Assembly (NCBI GenBank): GCA_963742705.1
Contig: CAVUMZ010000010.1
Span: 59,967 to 123,966, forward strand
Direction of reading: 5' to 3'
DNA from: an uncultured Solirubrobacterales bacterium
GTDB lineage: Bacteria; Actinomycetota; Thermoleophilia; Solirubrobacterales; Solirubrobacteraceae
DNA: 64,000 nt
The notes beneath the pieces are model-generated. The model saw only the letters and a program-made list of their open reading frames with translations. It was not told the origin of the DNA and ran no database searches. Position numbers and translations under genes: made by a program. How positions within the stretch are numbered: the stretch's first letter is position 1; every line of letters starts with the position of its first letter. Shown in pieces: positions 60,850-64,000 of this stretch.

Positions 60850-61911
60850 ATGCCCCTTCCCGACGTCCTCCGCAGGCTCCTGACCGCCGCCGGGCCGTCG
60901 GGGTACGAGACCGGCCCGGCCGCTGTCTTCACCGAGGCGGGGCGGGCGTTCACGCCGGACGTCTCGGTCGACGTCATGGGGTCGGCCGTCGTCCGCGTGC
61001 CGGGGACGATCCCCCGGGCCCCGCTGCTGGCGGTCGTCGGCCACATCGACGAGATCGGGCTGATCGTCACCCACATCGACGACGACGGCTTCCTGCGCTT
61101 CGCCGGCGTCGGCGGCTGGGACGCCCAGATCCTCGTCGGCCAGCGGCTCGAGCTGCTGACGCGCGCCGGGCCGCTCCCGGCAGTCGTCGGGCGCAAGGCG
61201 ATCCACCTGCTGCGCGAGGACGACCGCAAGAAGGTCCCGGAGCTCCGCGACCTGCACATCGACATCGGCGCCAAGGACGGCGACGAGGCGCGCGGCCTGG
61301 TGCGGATCGGCGATGTCGCCGTGATCGCCGGAGAGCCACTCGAGCTGGCCAACGACCGCTTCGTCTCCCGGTCGATGGACAACCGCCTGGGGGCGTTCAT
61401 CGCGCTCGAGGCCGCCCGGATCGTGGCTTCGGAGGGCGGGGCCCCGGGGACGGTCGCGGCGTGCGGCGTAGTCCAGGAGGAGATCACCTTCGGCGGCGCG
61501 CGGACGTCGGCCTACAGCTTGGCGCCGGACGTGGCGATCGTCGTCGACGTGACTCACGAGACCGGGTCCCCCGGCGTCGAGGTCGGCCAGGTCGGCAGGC
61601 ACGAGTTCGGCAGCGGGCCGATCATCGAGCGCGGGTCGGTGCTGAACCCGGCCGTCTTCGAGCTGCTCCACGATTGCGCCGAGCGCGAGCAGATCCCGTT
61701 CACCGTCGCCGCTTCGGCCCGGTCGACGGGGACCGACGCCGACGCGATCCACCTCTCGGGGGCCGGCATCCCCACCGGGGGCGTGTCGATCGCCCTGCGC
61801 TACATGCACTCGCCGGTGGAGATGGTCGAGCTCGGCGACGTCGACGCCTGCGCCCGGCTGATCGCCGCCTTCGCCCGGTCGCTCGGGCCCGAGACGTCGT
61901 TCGCCCGCTGA
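60850..61911 (+). CDS. M42-family metallo-aminopeptidase (glutamyl aminopeptidase/endoglucanase-like)
   Basis: GHIDEIG, SRSMDNRLG, VQEEI, DVTHET and the GTDA..IALRYMHSP pattern. Confidence 0.88.
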   Translation: MPLPDVLRRLLTAAGPSGYETGPAAVFTEAGRAFTPDVSVDVMGSAVVRVPGTIPRAPLLAVVGHIDEIGLIVTHIDDDGFLRFAGVGGWDAQILVGQRLELLTRAGPLPAVVGRKAIHLLREDDRKKVPELRDLHIDIGAKDGDEARGLVRIGDVAVIAGEPLELANDRFVSRSMDNRLGAFIALEAARIVASEGGAPGTVAACGVVQEEITFGGARTSAYSLAPDVAIVVDVTHETGSPGVEVGQVGRHEFGSGPIIERGSVLNPAVFELLHDCAEREQIPFTVAASARSTGTDADAIHLSGAGIPTGGVSIALRYMHSPVEMVELGDVDACARLIAAFARSLGPETSFAR

Positions 61912-62021
61912 TTCAACGCCGCCGGCCGGCCGGCGCGGGCAGCCGTCATCGCGTCGGCGGAGCCACCGGCCGGGGGGATCGTTGGCCCCGGGTCGACGCG
62001 GCGAGCTCCGCGCGGCGGGCT

Positions 62022-62816
62022 CTATCCGCGCCCAGGCTTGGTGTTCGTCCCCGGGACCACCGGGCTAGCGCCGGACGCCGAAGGCTTCGCCTTCTGCGCC
62101 GAGGGGCTCGCGCCGCGCAAGGCGGAATTCACCCCATGCGCCAGGGCGTGGATCGCTCCGGCCGCGGGCGGGCTCAGGTGGTGCGCCGTCGGCTTGCCGT
62201 GACCCTTGGACGCGGTTCCGCGCGCCGGAGCCGCCGGCCGCCGGGCGACGCCCTGCCCGCGCGCGGCGGGCTGGGACGCTCCGGCGACCACCGGGAGCGC
62301 GGCCTTCGCATGGCTCGCCGACGTGGTCGGAGTCGCTTGCGATCGCGCCGGCGGCGACCCCGCTGCGGTGCTCGACTGTTGGCCCCGGGAGTGCCTAGGG
62401 CCAGCGCCGGTGCGCGGCGGGCGGGTCGTGGCGGCGGGCCGCTGCGCGCCGGTCGGGGTTGCCGGGTGCGCCGCGGCGGGCCCGGTCGGGGCCGCCGGCT
62501 CCGACGGAGCTTGGTGCGGGAGCGTGATGCCGGCGGCTCGGTAGGGCGCGTCGACGGCCCCGGGGAGTGAGACGCCGGCGGCCGCGAGGCCCACGGGCAG
62601 CAGGAGCGTCGCGGAGACGGCCGCCAGCGCCGGGCGCCACGCCCCTTGCCGCGGACGCCGCCGGCGGGCGCTGACCTCTGCGGCCGCCGGCGCGTCGATG
62701 GCCGCGAGCACGTGCCGCCGAGTCGTCGCTTCATCGACCGGGCGCACGAAGGCGCGGCGCACCGCGTCGGCGATGACCGGGTCGATGTTGCGTTGATCGT
62801 CTGGCGACACGCGCAA
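62022..62816 (-). CDS. Single-pass membrane protein in anti-sigma position (putative anti-sigma factor)
   Basis: 264 aa. A ~55-aa cytoplasmic N-terminus, one TM (ALAAVSATLLLPVGLAAAGV), then a low-complexity Pro/Ala/basic tail. It is the last gene of the ECF-sigma operon. No zinc HxxxCxxC motif. Confidence 0.5.
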   Translation of the reverse strand: MRVSPDDQRNIDPVIADAVRRAFVRPVDEATTRRHVLAAIDAPAAAEVSARRRRPRQGAWRPALAAVSATLLLPVGLAAAGVSLPGAVDAPYRAAGITLPHQAPSEPAAPTGPAAAHPATPTGAQRPAATTRPPRTGAGPRHSRGQQSSTAAGSPPARSQATPTTSASHAKAALPVVAGASQPAARGQGVARRPAAPARGTASKGHGKPTAHHLSPPAAGAIHALAHGVNSALRGASPSAQKAKPSASGASPVVPGTNTKPGRG

Positions 62817-62828
62817 GCGCCCTTCCGG

Positions 62829-63206
62829 CTAGGAGCCCTGCTGGGCCTTGGCGGCGCCGGTGACGCACGCCGCGAACGGGCTCTTGGTGTCGGTCGCGCT
62901 CTTCTTGTGCGACATCGCCGCGCACAGCTGGCCCGGCGCCGTCGTGGTGGTCGTGGTCGGAGCTGTCGTGGTCGTCGGCGGCGTGGTGACCGCGTGCGAC
63001 CGGGCGAGCAGGACGCCGGCGACGCAGGCCGCGAACGGGCTCTTGCCCCTGCCGTGGTTGGTCTTCTTGTGCGACATCGACTTGCAGATCTGTCCCGGAG
63101 CCGTGGTCTTGCCGTGCGTGGTCGCCGCGTGGCTAGCGGCCAGGGCCGGGGTCGCCAGCATGGCGAGGGCGGCGGTCAGCGACACGGCGGTGGTCTTCAG
63201 ATGCAT
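62829..63206 (-). CDS. Small secreted protein with a duplicated two-Cys motif and a poly-Thr linker
   Basis: Start at ATG 63206: MHLKTTAVSLTAALAMLATPALA (signal peptide). Then APGQICKSMSHKKTNHGRGKSPFAACVAG, a T-rich linker, and APGQLCAAMSHKKSATDTKSPFAACVTG. The ORF track's ATG at 63227 is an alternative start. Confidence 0.6.
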   Translation of the reverse strand: MHLKTTAVSLTAALAMLATPALAASHAATTHGKTTAPGQICKSMSHKKTNHGRGKSPFAACVAGVLLARSHAVTTPPTTTTAPTTTTTTAPGQLCAAMSHKKSATDTKSPFAACVTGAAKAQQGS

Positions 63207-63266
63207 AAGGAGTCCTTTCGTGGACATCGTTCTCAGAGCGGTCGGGGCAACCTGCCCTCACCACCC

Positions 63267-63842
63267 CTATCGCACCGGACGCTCAAAGGGGTACGTCTGT
63301 CCCAGCCGCACCAGGGCGCGTCGCTGCAGCGCCTTGACGGCTCCCGGACGCTTACCGAGGGCCCGCGCGATCTCCTCGATCGTCAGATCTCCGATGATTC
63401 GCAGCAGGATGACGGCCCGCTGATCTGTCGGCAACACGTCGATCGCGGCCCGCACCGACGCGTCCTGGAGCCGCGACTGCGCCTCCGCCTCGAGATCACC
63501 GCCGACGTGGGCGTCGATCGCCGCGTCGACGTGAACCTCCACGGGCCGCCGCCCGCGGCGCCGCAGCTCGTCGACCAGCCGCCGGTGGGCGATCGTGAAC
63601 GTCCAGGCGGTGAACTCGCGCTCGCCCCCGGTGAACCCCGGCAGGCCGCGGACCAGCTGCAGGAGGACCTCGCCGGCGAGATCCTCGGGATCGGCGGCAC
63701 CGTGCGCACGCAGGTAGCCGACCAGCTTCGGCGCGATCTCCGTATAGATCTGCGTCCAGGCCCACTCCGCGCCCACGCGGGCCGCCGACAGCACGTCGTC
63801 AAACGGAGGCTCGGCGCGCACGCGGGCATTCTCGTCCGCCAA
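63267..63842 (-). CDS. ECF-type RNA polymerase sigma-70 family factor
   Basis: Region 2 (DLAGEVLLQLVR..FTAWTFTIAHRRLVDELRRR) and region 4 HTH (LTIEEIARALGKRPGAVKALQRRAL). TTG start. Confidence 0.88.
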   Translation of the reverse strand: MADENARVRAEPPFDDVLSAARVGAEWAWTQIYTEIAPKLVGYLRAHGAADPEDLAGEVLLQLVRGLPGFTGGEREFTAWTFTIAHRRLVDELRRRGRRPVEVHVDAAIDAHVGGDLEAEAQSRLQDASVRAAIDVLPTDQRAVILLRIIGDLTIEEIARALGKRPGAVKALQRRALVRLGQTYPFERPVR

Positions 63843-63882
63843 GCGCGGTCCCGCATTGGCCCCGTGAAGCCGGGACGTCTCA

Positions 63883-63954
63883 TGCGCGGCCTGGGACTCG
63901 AACCCAGCCCGCCGGATTAAAAGTCCGGTGCTCTACCCGATGAGCTAGCCGCGC
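63883..63954 (-). tRNA. tRNA-Lys (anticodon UUU)
   Basis: The reverse complement is GCGCGGCTAGCTCATCGGGTAGAGCACCGGACTTTTAATCCGGCGGGCTGGGTTCGAGTCCCAGGCCGCGCA. It shows a 7-bp acceptor stem, D-arm GCTC/GAGC, anticodon loop CTTTTAA and T-arm CTGGG-TTCGAGT-CCCAG. CCA is not encoded. Confidence 0.9.
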
Positions 63955-64000
63955 CCCGGCAGTTTTCCACAGGCCGCGGTGGCGGCGGGTTCGCCGACTA

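Overview
Very GC-rich chromosomal segment; in real genes the third codon position is almost always G or C. Gene content looks actinobacterial: dnaK-grpE-dnaJ-hspR, PimA-like GT4, Ino1, MMPL, Mce, PucR, Hanks kinases. I cannot name the species from sequence alone. I support about 62 protein genes, one frameshifted pseudogene and one tRNA-Lys. I saw no rRNA, CRISPR array, transposase, integrase, prophage or recognisable defence genes.

Layout:
- 1-10.3 kb: signalling island with four Ser/Thr kinases (one fused to GAF, one kinase-domain only) and a CHASE2 class III cyclase.
- 10.4-19.6 kb: tightly packed minus-strand supercluster. It holds an alpha/beta hydrolase, a polytopic membrane protein, a PAP2_3 protein, a CDP-alcohol phosphatidyltransferase, Ino1 and a lipoprotein. 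These are followed by a PimA-like GT4 fused to a PHP phosphoesterase, a UDG-fold protein, a degenerate cyclase domain and a 59-aa TM peptide. The last four genes are joined by TGATG stop/start overlaps.
- 19.6-23.6 kb: nth, a GGCT-like gene, a ~600-bp convergent gap with stacked hairpins, a desaturase and a PucR regulator.
- 23.8-33.4 kb: heat-shock regulon (dnaK operon, clpB) with an MMPL transporter between them.
- 34-64 kb: purine genes in several blocks (purD-purE, purB, purC-S-Q-L-GNAT-purF, purN-purH). They are interleaved with the principal-type sigma factor, prfC, NfeD/flotillin, an ABC-2 exporter, recQ, a SatP-family transporter, a lone Mce protein, an M42 peptidase, an ECF-sigma operon and tRNA-Lys.

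Most interesting:
- The PimA::PHP fusion inside an inositol-phospholipid cluster, a candidate for the poorly assigned PI-phosphate phosphatase step.
- The coupled UDG-fold and cyclase-fold proteins, both with substituted catalytic motifs.
- Three C-rich-loop hairpins behind a consensus-like promoter, a possible 6C-like sRNA.
- A ~30-bp block shared by the dnaK and clpB promoters that is not a canonical HAIR or CIRCE site.
- An ECF-sigma operon encoding a duplicated Cys-motif secreted protein.

All family assignments rest on motif recognition by eye. No database search or RNA folding was run. Many start codons are ambiguous (GTG/TTG).
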